A stretch of 64,000 nucleotides of DNA from Heterodontus francisci (GCF_036365525.1 NC_090372.1:39618246-39682245); one strand, 5' to 3'; positions 13,721 through 27,590 are shown, counted from the stretch's first letter. Notes: generated by a model not told the origin, from the letters alone. Numbers and translations: made by a program.

Positions 13721-14194
13721 GTAGGATAATGGCAAATTATTTCTTTTACCCACAACATATTGAGATTTGTGTTTTTTTTTTAAATGGAAAAATAATGTTA
13801 ATTTACGCAGCGTTTTTGAATTTTCATGACCTTAACAAGCTGATCATTGCTGCAAATGTGCATTTGCGATCTGGAAAATTTGAACAGTTTGCACTCATTT
13901 TGTAAATGAGTTTTTTCAAATTCAGTCAAAACTTAGTTACCACTAGTGATAGCTAATACTTATGGTACTTGGTACTATTCCACATTATCACACTACGTTA
14001 ATTTCTGCTTTAATAGGTTATTGCGCATTGACTAAAATGACAATTAAAGTAACTATTGGGATGCAGATTTCATTTGACTCGGCCATATATTTCACCCCAC
14101 AACAGTGCTAAATCTTTGACGTTTCGTCTTGTTCCTTGGTAAGCTTTCTGACACAGAATGTTAGCCTTTTTGCTTCATTCTAGTTTATTTCAAG

Positions 14195-16260
14195 AATTGT
14201 ACTCAACCACAATCTGTAACCTCATGGCCCAGCATATCCCCCATTCTACCATTACCATCAAGCCAGGAGACCAACCCTGGTTCAATGAAGAGTGCAGGAG
14301 GGCATGCCAGGAGCAGCACCAGGCATACCTCAAAATGAGGTGTCAACCTGGTGAAGCTACAACCCAGGACTACTTGCATGCCAAACTGCGTAAGCAGCAT
14401 GCGATAGACAGAGCTAAGCGATCCAATAACCAACGGATCAGATCTAAGCTCTGCAGTCCTGCCACATCCAGCCGAGAATGGTGGTGGACAATTAAACAAC
14501 TAACTGGAGGAGGTGGCTCCACAAATATCTCCATCCTCAATGATGGGGGAGCCCAGCACATCAGTGCGAAAGATAAGGCCGAAGCATTTGCAACCATCTT
14601 CAGCCAGAAGTGCCGAGTTGATGATCCATCTCGACCTCCTCCTGAAGTCCCCAGCATCACAGATGCCAGACTGCAGCCAATTCGATTCACTCCACGTGAT
14701 ATCAAGAAATGACTGAAGGCACTGGATACTGCAAAGGCAACGGGCCCTGACAATATTCTGGCAATAGTACTGAAGGCCTGTGCTCCAGAACATGCCGTGC
14801 CCCTAGCCAAGCAGTTCCAGTGCAGCTACAACACTGGCATCTATCCTGCAATGTAGAAAATTGCCCAGGTATGTCCTGTACACCAAAAAGCAGGACAAAT
14901 CCAACCCAGCCAACTACCGCCCCATTAGCCTACTCTCAATCATCAGCAAAGTGATGGAAGGTGTCATCAACAGTGCCATCAAGCGGCACTTGCTCGGCAA
15001 CAACCTGCTCAGTGACGCTCAGTTTGGGTTCCGCCAGGGCCACTCAGCTCCTGACCTCATTACAGCCTTGGTTCAAACATGGACAAAAGAGCTGAACTCG
15101 AGAGAGTGACTGCCCTTGACATCAAGGCAGCATTTGACCCAGTATGGCATCAAGGAGCCCTCACACAACTGAGGTCAATGGGAAGCAGGGGGAAAACCCT
15201 CTGCTGGCTGGAGTCACACCTAGCACAAAGGAAGATGGTTAAGTTGTTGGAGGTCAATCATCTGAGCTGCAGGACATCACTGCAGGAGTTCCTCAGGGTA
15301 GTGTCCTAGGCCCAACCATCTTCAGCTGCTTCATCAATGACCTTCCTTCAATCATAAGGTCAGAAGTGGGAATGTTCGCTGATGATTGCACAATGTTCAG
15401 CACCATTCGTGACTCCTCAGATACTGAAGCAGTCCGTGTAGAAATACAGCAAGACCTGGACAATATCCAGGCTTGGGCTGATAAGTGGCAAGTAACATTC
15501 GCGCCGCACAAGTGCCAGGCAATGACCATCTCCAACAAGAGAGAATCTAACCATCTCCCCTTGACATTCAATGGCATTACCATCGCTGAATCCCCCACTA
15601 TCAACATCCTAGGGGCTACCATTGACCAGAAACTGAACTGGAGTAGCCATATAAATACCATGGCTACAAGAGCAGGTCAGAGGCTCGGAATCCAGAGGCG
15701 AGTAACTCACCTCCTGACTCCCCAAAGCCTGTCCACCATCTACAAGGCACAAGTCAGGAGTGTGATGGAATACTCTCCACTTGCCTGGATGGGTGCAGCT
15801 CCAACAACACTCAAGAAGCTCGACACCATCCAGGACAAAGCAGCCCGCTTGATTGGCACCCCATCTACAAACATTCACTCTCTCCACCACCGACGCACAG
15901 TGGCAGCAGTGTGTACCATCTACAAGATGCACTGCAGCAATGCCCCAAGGCTCCTCAGACAGCACCTTCCAAACCCACAACCTATACCGACTAGAAGGAC
16001 AAGGGCAGCAAATGCATGGGAACACCACCACCTGCAAGTTCCCCTCCAAGTCACACACCATCCTGACTTGGAACTATATCGCCGTTCCTTCACTGTCGCT
16101 GGGTCAAAATCCTGGAACTCCCTTCCTAACAGCACTGTGGGTGTACTTACCCCACATGGACTGCAGCGGTTCAAGAAGGCAGCTCACCACCACCTTAAGG
16201 GCAATTAGGATGGGCAATAAATGCTGGCCTGGCCAGCGACGCCCACATCCCATGAATGAA
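14195..16260 (+). mobile_element. Non-LTR retrotransposon of the CR1/Jockey superfamily, second family, 5'-truncated
   Basis: Contains KATGPDNI, NYRPISLLS, QFGFRQGHS, LDIKAAFD, QGSVLGP, FADD and YKAQVRSVMEY, with a few stops/frameshifts; 3' tail (ATGA)n. Confidence 0.9.
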
Positions 16261-16589
16261 TAATTTAAAAAAAATTCAGTGAAACATTCCAAAAGCCTAA
16301 TGCCCCTGAGGTCAGGCTTTATTATTAACATTTAACTTGCATGATAATTGTACTAAATATGTACAAACTACTCATTATAATAAGGATTTTACAAAGGAAA
16401 ATTTGTCGTTGTCATTACAACAACTCCTAGCATCTGCATTTAATTTAATACGCAGTTAAAAGCAGAAATATGTAAGTTGCGCCCAGTGATTTTCCCCACT
16501 TCTCCACAGAGAGCTCTGTTGAAGTCTTCAAAGATGCAAATCAATTCGAAATCAGTGATTTGACATGAATTTCCATTTTTACGCTATTC

Positions 16590-16933
16590 TCAGCGCAGTG
16601 GTTAGCACCGCAGCCTCACAGCTCCAGCGACCCGGGTTCAATTCTGGGTACTGCCTGTGTGGGGTTTGCAAGTTCTCCCTGTGTCTGCATGGGTTTTCTC
16701 CGGGTGCTCCGGTTTCTTCCCACAGCCAAAAGACATGCAGGTTGGCAGGTAAATTGGCCATTATAAATTGCCCCTAGTATAGGTAGGTGGTAGGGAAATA
16801 TAGGGACAGGTGGGGATGTGGTAGGAATATGGGATTAGTGTAGGATTAGTATAAATTGGTGGTTGATGGTCGGCACAGACTCGGTGGGCCGAAGGGCCTG
16901 TTTCAGTGCTGTATCTCTAAACTAAACTAAAAA
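16590..16933 (+). mobile_element. V-SINE (HE1-like, elasmobranch)
   Basis: tRNA head (gcagtggttagc...gggttcaattc), V-domain ttctccctgtgtctgcatgggttttctccgggtgctccggtttcttcccacag, CR1-derived tail gggccgaagggcctgtttcagtgctgta and (ctaaa)n. Confidence 0.85.
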
Positions 16934-17149
16934 CTCTTGGAAAAGGTTACACCTTGTTGAATAAGGTATAACTGGGATTTTAATGATGTCCTAAGTCATA
17001 ATTACTGCTGAACAACCTCTCTGGCCCTGAAAAATAATTTTTTATTTGTGGAATGTTACATTTCTCCATTCCATGATAAAAGTTCCTTAGATATTCAGTT
17101 TTTAAAAACTTTGATGTACCAGCTACTATCTTAATCCCATGTGTTTAAC

Positions 17150-17640
17150 AGAGTGGGTAAAGATCTGACAAATGGAGTATAATGTGGGAAAATGTGAAAT
17201 TGTACATTTTGAAAGGAAGAATAGAAAAGAAGCATATTATCTAAATGGTGAGAGATTGCAGAGCTCTGAGCTGGAGAGGGATCTAGGTGTCCTAGTGCAT
17301 GAATCGCAAAAGGTTAGAATGCAGGTTCAGCAATTAATTAGGAAAGATAATAGAATGTTATTGTTTATTGCGAGGGGAATTGAATACAAAAGTAGGGAGG
17401 TTATGCTTCAGTTATACAGGGCATTGGTGAGACCACATCCAGAGTACTGTGTGCAGTATTGGTCTCCTTTTTTAAGGAAGGATGTAAATGCGCTGCATTT
17501 TTGGTCAGTAAGGGGGTGAAAGGTTATCGGGAGTAGGAGGGAATGTAGAGTCGAGGTTACAATCAGCCATGATAATATTGAATGGCAGAGCAGGCTCAAG
17601 GGGCCAATTGGCCTACCCCTGCTCCTAATTCATATGTATG
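17150..17640 (+). mobile_element. CR1 3' fragment with an internal deletion
   Basis: MEYNVGKCEIVHF...LYRALVRPHPEYCVQYWSP, then jumps to a CR1 3' UTR. Confidence 0.85.
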
Positions 17641-20064
17641 TAAAATTATAAGTGAATGAGATAACCTGTTTGTTAATTCCTGTGTTGTTGCTTAGCCTGC
17701 TTGATGATAAATGTTTCTGGATGCTAGAGATCTCCTACAGCTGGCACCTGAATGAAATTAATGACAGGAAAGGTACCCCACAGAACTTGCAGTTTTGTTT
17801 TATGGGCAGCTTTCTTTGAGGTCGCGAGTGCTGTCACTTCATGAGTTACCTCAAAATCTGAGCCATATATTTATAGTTATGTAGTAAGATTCTACATCTG
17901 ACGAGCTGTGTCCATAAACTAAACAAACTTGTGTTTATCAGGTTCAAGAGGCACCTGAAGATGGTCCACCTTGACTGTAGCTGCAAACTTTCTCTTCGTG
18001 GGCTGCGCACAATCAACTAAGCTGCTAACTGTCTCTATATTTAGGGCTTGAAAACTTTTAGCCTACATGCGTCTTACTATATCTGTCAATCAGGTCATTA
18101 GGCTGAAAGGCTGGATGAAAACATATGAGGAATGAAAGTAATGAACTACGGCATTCTTACCAAACTGTAGGTGTGTTACCACAATAAGTGCATTAATTGG
18201 GCAACTTTTCAAGGTTATAGCTGTCATTGTATGTAACAGTTTACACAAATAGGCACTCTACTCACAATTAGATGTTCTTCATTCATCAGTTGGAGCTATA
18301 ATTCTTCAACTTAATAGTTATTGTACTATGGCAAGGCCATATGATAGATAGTCAAATGATGTTTTCTCAGCAGTATTCTAATTCCTGTTCCATCAGGCTT
18401 GCAGGAATATAACCATCATAAAGATGATGCAGCTTCCTGTTCCCCTATGCGAATGGAAAGATGAATAGCTTTCAAGATGCTGTTCTGTTGGCACCCACAT
18501 GGCCTTCTAAGCTAAACTCAGACCAAAATATTAAGTTAGCACCTGGTCTGGTTATATCAAAGGAATAATTGGTGCCATGAGGTCAATTACAATTGAAAAG
18601 TATACTGGACACTGTTTTAATTTAGAATCTACAAGTCTCTATACTAAACATATATGTATATAAAATAGAGCAAGCATAGCTTCTGTTTATTTTCATTCTA
18701 AATCTAACTTATTTTTATGACTGCAATTTAATATTCTTCTGGTCTGATAAGCAAGCATAAGCTGTGCAATGTAATTTTTTTGACCGAGGGATTGTAATTT
18801 TATTTTGCCAATTTTATGCACTTTTTTTTATCCTGAAGGTGCAGACCTCTCAGTCCACTGCTGTGCTGTGGGCGCTCAACAGCTTTTTTTTGGTACATCG
18901 GTTAACATTGCAAGTGTTGCAATATTTGATACAAATGCCCAATTGTATGATTACAGTTGCATGAGAACATATGGAAATTAAATTCCAATTGTTTGTTTGC
19001 AAGTGGGATAAGCCGCTAAACCCTTGATCTGCATGTGGTGAATGATTATATAAATGGCATTACATGATGGATGGATTGATTTTACGTTACTGTTTTCATG
19101 CTGTTTATATCAATGACATTACTTGATGAATGGATTGAATTTTTTTTTATTACATTACTCTTTTCATGCCATTCAATTCTTTCATTTCTCACTTTAGTTT
19201 GCCACTTTCAAATGTTTTGACTGTGTTATTTGACTTTAGCTTTCAGGATTTTATGACTGCCACAACATTTGAGCCCAACTGTGGATTTTTTTGTAGAAAT
19301 TGTAGGCATCATTACTAGATTACAATTTAACATTTTCGTATCACTATGCTGGAGGGAATGTTTTTGTTTCAATAATGTTACAATGCTTTTTGTAATCATT
19401 TTGTTCAAAGTTCGCAACTCTATTGCTTATGTAGCAAAAATCTAACAACATACTGTGAATATAATTTCTTGAATTCAGGTAAGATGCAGTATTAGATCTG
19501 TTTTGGTAGTTACGTGTTCAGGGCTATGGTAGTAATATTGAAACATTTGGCATTGAAAATTGGCACACAATTGGTCCCACTGCCATCCTAACCCGCACTC
19601 CCGATGCATCTTTGATAGATGCGGAAGAATATGTTAACTTAGATTTTTTGACTAAATCCATAATGAGATAAAACCAGGAATAGGAAATGTGAACTCCATA
19701 ATATGTTACACTATAGTGAAAACATGCTGCTTGTGGACAACTTTGCCAATTTCCAAATGGGTCAATGACTTAAAACAACTCAATTGCAAGAATGTTAGCT
19801 TGGTAGTGGAAAGAGGAGGGATCTGGAGGGAAAGGAGCAACTGACCCCTAGTCCAGCCCGCTATCTCATTCATTCTATTAGACAATTGAGGTACAGCATT
19901 TGCACTTTTGTGTGGCGATAACTGGGTGCAAAGCAGGCTCCTCTCCTAGCCTTAAGAGAAGTACCGTTCTATTGAGAATATGATAGAGGTGGGAAGAAGA
20001 GAATATCTTTATTTCTGAAGCAGGTTACATTTTTAATCAAACTTCTTCTCTCTTTCTATTCCAG

Positions 20065-20117
20065 AGTTCAGATGGACAGCTTTCTTTATTTAACTGTGAT
20101 ATGTTTGATTTCTCAAG
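20065..20117 (+). CDS. TPMT: TPMT copy 1, coding exon (53 bp)
   Basis: ccag|AGT...TCA AG|gtgagg; encodes SSDGQLSLFNCDMFDFS (human SSSGNISLYCCSIFDLP). Confidence 0.93.
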
Positions 20118-21714
20118 GTGAGGCCCTCCTGAGTAGATTTTTTTTAAGTGATTAGATATTTCCATCAAGAAATAGTTTCTTTGTGGGCTCTCTTTTTAGT
20201 TTATACTTCAAATGGTGGGAGTGTAGCTTAGAGGTCAGTAATGAAGTCCAATTTATATCGACTGAAGTTTGGGGAGACTTTCACTTTTATCAAGTGAAAA
20301 ATAGACCGATCCGCTGGCCATTTTAAACAATGGAGACAAAAATCAGGTGATATGTAAAATGGGTGGCCAATCCACTGCTTCCTCTTTTCTGACCAATGGT
20401 AAAAGTGCAAGTCTACTCCTTTTGGGTCTACAGATGATCCAGGGTCTGCAGGTAGATTTTGTTGAACCTGAAGCATTTCAAAAGTTATTCGTCTGGTTTA
20501 TTTTGTAGTAGCAAATGGGGGTAATGCCAATTTGCTACAATACAACTTGGGACATTAAATTTGGGATATATCAGTTTACAGAATTCGATGAATTAAGCAC
20601 AACCAAAGTAATTTGTGTTACCAGCCAAGATATTTGCCTACTGCTAAGCCGTGCTTGGACATATAAGAGCTGAAATTCACAGCATATACTTCAGCCAGGA
20701 TGCATAACCAGAACAAGCTGGCTGTGAACAGTCCACTGATTACAAATGAACAATTAAGGGCCTTCCCAAGTGTTTTATTCTCCCTGAAAGAAAAGGTTTT
20801 TTTTCTAAAATCAATGTCTAAACTTAATATTAAAATTGGACGACTGTATCAGTATCAAATATACCTTCATCAGATACATAGGTTAGGTATTCTGTATTCT
20901 ACCTCAGTAATGTCTCAGTCCAAATCCTTAAAGTGCACCTCCAACCTTTTTTTTCTTTTTGGAAATGGTACAATTGAAGTATTTGACCCGTCAACTTAAT
21001 ACTCATTAAGGTGAGCAGTGACAGTGTGAGGCATTGGTATACTTTGTATTTGATATACATCAATGGATCAAAAGCTTCCATGTCTGCTATAATAATGTTC
21101 TTAAAATCTATTGTATTCTGTCCCTACCCCTCAGCCTCAGAACACCACATACTGTACTGCCTGTTCTCCTGCTAGCTACCCTGTGGTCTGTCTAAAATTG
21201 CTAGTTGAAACAGGTTTGTGCTCTGAATCGATACAAGCTAGGCTCTGGATTGAGACTACCCAGATGTCATGTACGACCTTCTTAGCTCACACAGAATTCT
21301 TATTCTTCCACTTGAAGGTGAAGCAAAATATTGCAGATATGGAAAATCTGAAACAAATGCAGGCAGCATCTGTGGAAAAAACAGACAAGTGAGAGTTTTG
21401 AATGTGCCTTTGTCAGAAGATATTACAGATGAATTGCATTTACAAAAAAACTGTTTATCTGCCATAATGTTCCCATTCTGATAACTTGTCTGTACACTCA
21501 AAACACTAATTAGTTTGTTCTTCCCTCAGGTAGTGCTGACCTGCTGAGTGTTTCAAGCATTTTTCCAGTGCTTTTGTTAGAACGTTTTCAGTACCTGCAA
21601 TTTCTTGAGGTTTATATGCATGCTTATAATATGTATATCCTGCCTATATACTAAAAATGTTATTTTTTGTAATTTTTACGAACTTTTTTGTGTATTTTTG
21701 TTTCCAATGGGTAG

Positions 21715-21789
21715 TTTAATTGCTGGAAAGTTCGATGGGATGTGGGACAGAGGTTCTTTGGTAGCTATCAATCCATCTGATAGACAACG
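21715..21789 (+). CDS. TPMT: TPMT copy 1, coding exon (75 bp)
   Basis: tag|T TTA...CAA CG|gtgagt; encodes LIAGKFDGMWDRGSLVAINPSDRQ (WDRG motif). Confidence 0.95.
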
Positions 21790-21809
21790 GTGAGTAATCT
21801 GTTATCTGT

Positions 21810-22165
21810 TCAAGGGATAGACAGGGTAGATGCAGCTAAGATGTTTCCCCAGTTGGGAGCCTAGAACCAGGGAACATAGTTTCAAAATATGGGGGAAGCC
21901 ACTTAAGACAGAGATGAGGAGAAATTTCTTTACTCAGAGGGTTGTGAATCTTTGGAATTCTCCACCCCAGAGGGCTGTGGAAGCTGAGTCATTGAGTATG
22001 TTTAAAGCAGAGATTGACAGATTTCAAAATACAAATGACATAAGGGGATAAAAGGATAGTGTGGGGAAAAAGGCATTGAAATGTAAGATCAGCCATGATC
22101 ATTTTGAATGGCAGGGCAGGCTCAATGGGCTGAATGGCCTACTCTAGCTCCTAAGTTCCTATGTC
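21810..22165 (+). mobile_element. CR1 3' fragment
   Basis: RRNFFTQRVVNLWNS...FKAEIDRF followed by a 3' UTR hairpin and tail. Confidence 0.85.
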
Positions 22166-23101
22166 CTATCTGCTGTCTTTTATTAATTAACTAACTTTAA
22201 GAAGTTACTGTTCTGCATTTCACCTAAAAAGTGACATAAACTTGTTCCATGTTTTTTGTGAGAGATAATTTAATTGAGTATGATTAATAGTACAAGTTAC
22301 AGGCGAAACCCAGAGTTAACATACTTTGGCTCTCCCACAACTGAGTAAAACCCTGAGTTTACACTCCACTGGTCTCCTCACTTAGCAACAATTAACCCTA
22401 GCATTTCACTTAAATTTTTTTTTTAAAATATGCAATACTTGCTGAAAGCTATGAGTTCAGTGAAGTTTCCTTCTGCCCTGAAAGGAAAAAGGCCACCATT
22501 TGATACCTCTCTGTATCATATTTCAAATCTGAAATTGAATGTATTGGATTATCAACCCTGCAGCCTATTTATTCAATGGTGATGCATGTTAGTATTTTTA
22601 GTAACATAAGTCTAAAGTGTGTTTTTAAAAAAAAACACGTCGGCATAATTGAAGACCGGGAAAAAGCAGATTACTGTATACTTCTCTCTCTCTTTGGTAG
22701 AAGACTTTTCGGCTGCATATGTATGTTCTATTTTTTCAAGAAAAAAATTACAATTAGCATATAGGATATAATTTTAAATCTGCAGTTGTATCTCTCCATG
22801 AGCTTCTTGGGAAATAATATGGTGATTTATAAGAAATCACTTGAGCATTTCACTATCTGGGAAGAAATGTGATTCTACTTGTATTGCTGCATTTTGCTGT
22901 TTGCTTACTGATGTGGGCAAATGCACTGCTCTCCCAAAGATAGCTAATATTAGCTTTGCTGTCCAAGCATGATTGAGCTAGACCAAAAAAATCAAACCTA
23001 AAGTGAATGAAAATAGTAGGGTTAAAAGATTTTTTAAAATGTTAACTGAGAAATATGACATTCTGCTAAATTAGATATTGCATTTTTTATCTTTGTTGTA
23101 G

Positions 23102-23187
23102 TTATGCCAAGCTAATGACTACGCTTATGGCCAAAGGATGTCGCTACCTTCTGGATACTTTGACATATGATCAAAACAAATATGCTG
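23102..23187 (+). CDS. TPMT: TPMT copy 1, coding exon (86 bp)
   Basis: gtag|T TAT...GCT G|gtaagt; encodes YAKLMTTLMAKGCRYLLDTLTYDQNKYA. Confidence 0.93.
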
Positions 23188-23195
23188 GTAAGTAA

Positions 23196-23272
23196 ATAAA
23201 AACAAAGTACTGGAAATACTCAGCAGGTCTGGCAGCATCTGTGTAGCGAGAAGCAGAGACCTTTCATCAGAA
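23196..23272 (-). mobile_element. Short PLE terminal remnant just inside a TPMT intron
   Basis: Reverse-complement match to 1115-1178 (ctcagcaggtctggcagcatctgtg), with CTGATGA on the - strand. Confidence 0.7.
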
Positions 23273-24024
23273 CCTGGTATGCTGATTGTGTGATCCACTC
23301 CCATGTGCTGTAAATGCTTAAGTTATGTAAAGTATAAGCACTTGCATCTGTTTGTGTAAAATAACAAAAGCTTTCTGTAATACAGTCAAGCCCACTTTAA
23401 TAACTGATAAAACAATAAACTCTCTATGCACAAAGTCCATTTCCAGCTTTTCCAATTATAGATGCCCCTGTCCACTCTTAAATGCATAAAACATTTAAAT
23501 CCAGACTTTGGCTATTCATTTATTCATTTTGCCTGTTGTGCGGCTTCATTAAAGTCAATGTGTTGAACCAGTTTTATATAAATGTTTAATAAAAAGAGAA
23601 GATGCTGGAAGTACTCAGCAGTTCAGGCAAAACTGACCAAAAGTTACAGATATAATCAGCTTTAAGCAAAAACAGAGATTGGGAAAGTGGGGGGCGGGGG
23701 GAAAGAACAAAAGAGGGTCTGGTAGGGTGGAAGGCAGGAGAGATGAAATGACAAAGGACTTGATGGTGTAAGCAGGGGTCGGCAATGTGTCCGTACGCTG
23801 ATACCAGTGTCTGTGGAAAACAATTTTGAAGACGTGACCGGTCATTTCAGAGATGAGAAATTCCCCACTGGCTTCTTCTTTCTGACCAGGCCTGCTTAAA
23901 ACTGACCAGCTGTCAGTTTCACAGCTGAATTGGAATTTCAAAACTCAGATCTTTATCTAATACTCGTTAACAATCCCTTTCATATTCAAAGCTGACAGGT
24001 GCTGAGAGTGGGAACGGCAGATTC

Positions 24025-26380
24025 TGAGCCACAGAGAGGGAGAGAGAGAGATTGGGGGGGGGTGGGGGCGCGCCACGGAGAGAGAGAGAGATTGAGATTG
24101 GGGGGGGGGTGCCACAGAGAGAGAGAGCAATTGGGGGGGGGCCAAAGAGAGAGAGAGCGATTGGGGGGGGCCACAGAGAGAGAGAGTGATTGGGGGGGGC
24201 CACAGAGAGAGAGAGTGATTGGGGGGGGGCCACAGAGAGAGAGAGACACACACAGATGGGGGGGGCTACGGAGAGTGACAGATTGGGGGGGCTACGGAGA
24301 GTGACAGATGGGGGGGGCTACGGAGAGAGAGAGAGAGCGATTGGGGGGGGCCACAGAGACAGAGCGATTGGGGGGGGGGGCCACAGAGAGAGAGAGATTG
24401 GGGGGGCCCACACAGAGAGAGAGAGACACACAGATTGGGGGGGCTACGGAGAGTGACAGATTGGGGGGGCTACGGAGAGTGACAGATGGGGGGGGCTACA
24501 GAGAGAGAGAGAGAGAGATTGGGGGAGCACACAGAGAGAGAGAGAGAGATTGGGGGTGGCCACAGAGAGAGAGAGGTTGGGGGGGGTGGGGGTGCAGGGA
24601 GACAGAGAGAGAGATTGGGGGGGCACAGAGAGAGAGATTGGGGGGGCACAGAGAGAGAGATTGGGGGGGCACAGAGAGAGAGATTGGGGGGGCCATAGAG
24701 AGAGAGAGAGAGAAATGGGGGGGGCTACAGAGAGAGAGGGAGAGAGAGAGTTTGGGGGGAGCTACAGAGAGAGAGAGTTTGGGGGGGGCACAGAGAGAGA
24801 GAGAGATGGGGGAGGGCTACAGAGGGATAGGGGAGGGGGGCCACAGAGAGAGAGAGATTGGCTGGGGCCACAGAGAGAGAGAGATTGGGGGGGGGGGGTG
24901 GTACAGAGAGCGAATGAGATTGGGGGGGCCACAGAGGGAGAGAGAGATGGGGGGGGGGGGGGCTACAGACAGAGGGAGAGAGAGATGGGGGGGGGGGGGC
25001 CCACAGAGAGAGAGAGAGATTGGGTGGTGGGGGCCACAGAGAGAGAGATTGGGTGGTGGGGGCCACAGAGAGAGAGATTGGGAGGGGGGGGGCCACTGAG
25101 AGAGAGATTGGGAGGGGGCCACTGAGAGAGAGATTGGGGGGCGCCACAGAAAGAGAGAGATTGGGGGGCGCCACAGAGAGAGAGAGATTGTGGGGGGTGC
25201 CACAGAGAGGGAGAGAGAAAGATGGGGGGGGACCATAGAGAGAGAGTGAGAGAGAGATTTGGGGGGTACAGAGAGAGAGAGAAAGAGAGATTGGATGGGG
25301 CCACAGAGAGAGATTGGGGGGTGCCACAGAGAGAGAGAGAGAGAGATTGGGGGGTGCCACAGAGAGAGAGAGAGAGAGAGAGATTGGCTGGGGCCACAGA
25401 GAGAGAGAGATGGGGGGGGCTACAGAGAGAGAGAGATTGGGGGGCGCCACAGAGAGAGGGAGAGAGAGCTTGGGGGGCGCCACAGAGAGAGAGTGAGAGA
25501 AAGATTGGGAGAGGGGCCACAGAGAGAGTGAGAGAGATTGGGGGGGGGGCACAGAGAGAGAGAGATGGGCGGGCTACAGAGAGAGATGGGGGGGGGGACA
25601 CAGAGGGAGAGAGAGATGGGGCTACAGAGAGAGAGAGATTTGGGGGGCACAGAGACAGAGAGGGAGAGAGAGATGGGGCTACAGAGAGGGAGAGAGAGAT
25701 GGGGCTACAGAGAGAGGGAGGGACAGAGAGATGGGGCTACAGAGAGAGAGAGATTGGGGGGGCCACAGAAGCAGAGAGAGAGATAGAGAAAGATTGGGGG
25801 GGGGGCCACAGAGACAGAGAGAGGGAGAGATTGGGGGTGGCCACAGAGAGAGGGAGAGATTGGGGGGGCCACAGAGAGAGGGAGAGATTGGGGGGGCCAC
25901 GGAGAGAGAGAGAGAAGTTGGGGCGGCCACGGAGAGAGAGGGAGGTTGGGGCGGCCACGGAGAGAGAGAGAGATTGGGGGTGCCACGGAGAGAGAGAGAG
26001 ATTGGGGGGGCCACAGAGAGAGAAGGAGAGAGGGGGTGGGCAGAGAGAAAGAGATGGTGAGCGGGGGGCAGAGAGAGAGGACAGCAGAGACGGTGGGTGG
26101 GAGAGCACAGATGGATGGAGAGAGAGAGAGAGATGGGTTGTTGGGGGTGGACTGACAGAGAGCGAGCAAGCAGGGGGGACCAAGAGCGAGAGAAGGGTGG
26201 GGGCGACCAACTGAGAGAGAGAGGGTGTGGGGACAGAGGGGTCTCACCGTTTGATAGAGAGAGACATGGGGGGTGGGGGCTGACGGAGAGAGAGAGTGGA
26301 ACTGACCTGGGGCAGGGGGCCGTTGGTGTATGACCGAGCGAGAGTGGTGGGGGCGGACGACAGGGAGAGAGAGCGCAAGA
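24025..26380. repeat. About 2.3-kb purine-rich minisatellite, unit about 25 bp: G(5-12)CCAC(AG)nATT
   Basis: Many variable units such as ttgggggggccacagagagagagaga, degenerating toward 26380. Confidence 0.95.
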
Positions 26381-27590
26381 GCACAAACCTTATTGAGTTT
26401 TTCGAGAAGGTGACCAAACAGGTGGATGAGGGTAAAGCAGTGGATGTGGTGTATATGGATTTCATGAAGGCGTTTGATAAGGTTCCCCACGGTAGGCTAT
26501 TGCAGAAAATACGGAAGTATGGGGTTGAAGGTGATTTAGAGCTTTGGATCAGAAATTGGCTAGCTGAAAGAAGACAGAGGGTGGTGGTTGATGGCAAATG
26601 TTCATCCTGGAGTTTAGTTACTAGTGGTGTACCGCAAGGATCTGTTTTGGGGCCACTGCTGTTTGTCATTTTTATAAATGACCTGGATGAGGGTGTAGAA
26701 GGGTGGGTTAGTAAATTTGCGGATGACACGAAGGTCGGTGGAGTTGTGGATAGTGCCGAAGGATGTTGTAGGGTACAGAGGGACATAGATAGGCTGCAGA
26801 GCTGGGCTGAGAGATGGCAAATGGAGTTTAATGCGGAAAAGTGTGAGGTGATTCACTTTGGAAGGAGTAACAGGAATGCAGAGTACTGGGCTAATGGGAA
26901 GATTCTTGGTAGTGTAGATGAGCAGAGAGATCTTGGTGTCCAGGTACATAAATCCCTGAAAGTTGCTACCCAGATTAATAGGGCTGTTAAGAAGGCATAT
27001 GGTGTGTTAGCTTTTATTAGTAGGGGGATCGGGTTTCGGAGCCACGAGGTCATGCTGCAGCTGTACAAAACTCTGGTGAGGCCGCACCTGGAGTATTGCG
27101 TGCAGTTCTGGTCACCGCATTATAGGAAGGATGTGGAAGCTTTGGAAAGGGTGCAGAGGAGATTTACTAGGATGTTGCCTGGTATGGAGGGAAGGTCTTA
27201 CGAGGAAAGGCTGAGGGACTTGAGGTTGTTTTCGTTGGAGAGAAGGAGGAGGAGAGGTGACTTAATAGAGATATATAAGATAATCAGCGGGTTAGATAAG
27301 GTGGATAGTGAGAGTCTTTTTCCTTGGATGGTGATGGCAAACACAAGGGGACATAGCTTTAAGTTGAGGGGTGATAGATATAGGACAGATGTCAGAGGTA
27401 GTTTCTTTACTCAGAGAGTAGTAGGGGCGTGGAACGCCCTGCCTGCAACAGTAGTAGACTCGCCAACTTTAAGGGCATTTAAGTGGTCATTGGATAGACA
27501 TATGGATGAAAATGGAATAGTGTAGGTCAGATGGTTTCACAGGTCGGCGCAACATCGAGGGCCGAAGGGCCTGTACTGCGCTGTAATGTT
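26380..27590 (+). mobile_element. Young CR1 LINE, 5'-truncated, uninterrupted RT/C-terminal ORF
   Basis: ORF 26296-27525 from TNLIEFFE onward has YMDFMKAFDKV, QGSVLGPLLF, FADD and LYKTLVRPHLEY with no stops; CR1 3' UTR follows. Confidence 0.95.

Noticed and set aside
16590-16660. tRNA genes suggested by A/B boxes here and at 8690, 38940, 47350 and 53990
   Set aside because: They are SINE heads continuing into SINE bodies, with no complete cloverleaf.
19060-19170. Imperfect tandem duplication of about 60 bp in an intron
   Set aside because: Ordinary local duplication with no further structure.
23957-26490. Many long overlapping ORFs rich in G/E/R or S/L/P
   Set aside because: They are translations of the minisatellite, which lacks stop codons in most frames.
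26296-27525. 409-aa ORF as a novel or domesticated RT gene
   Set aside because: It is a 5'-truncated young CR1 with about 28 repeat-derived residues in front and no ATG start or endonuclease.
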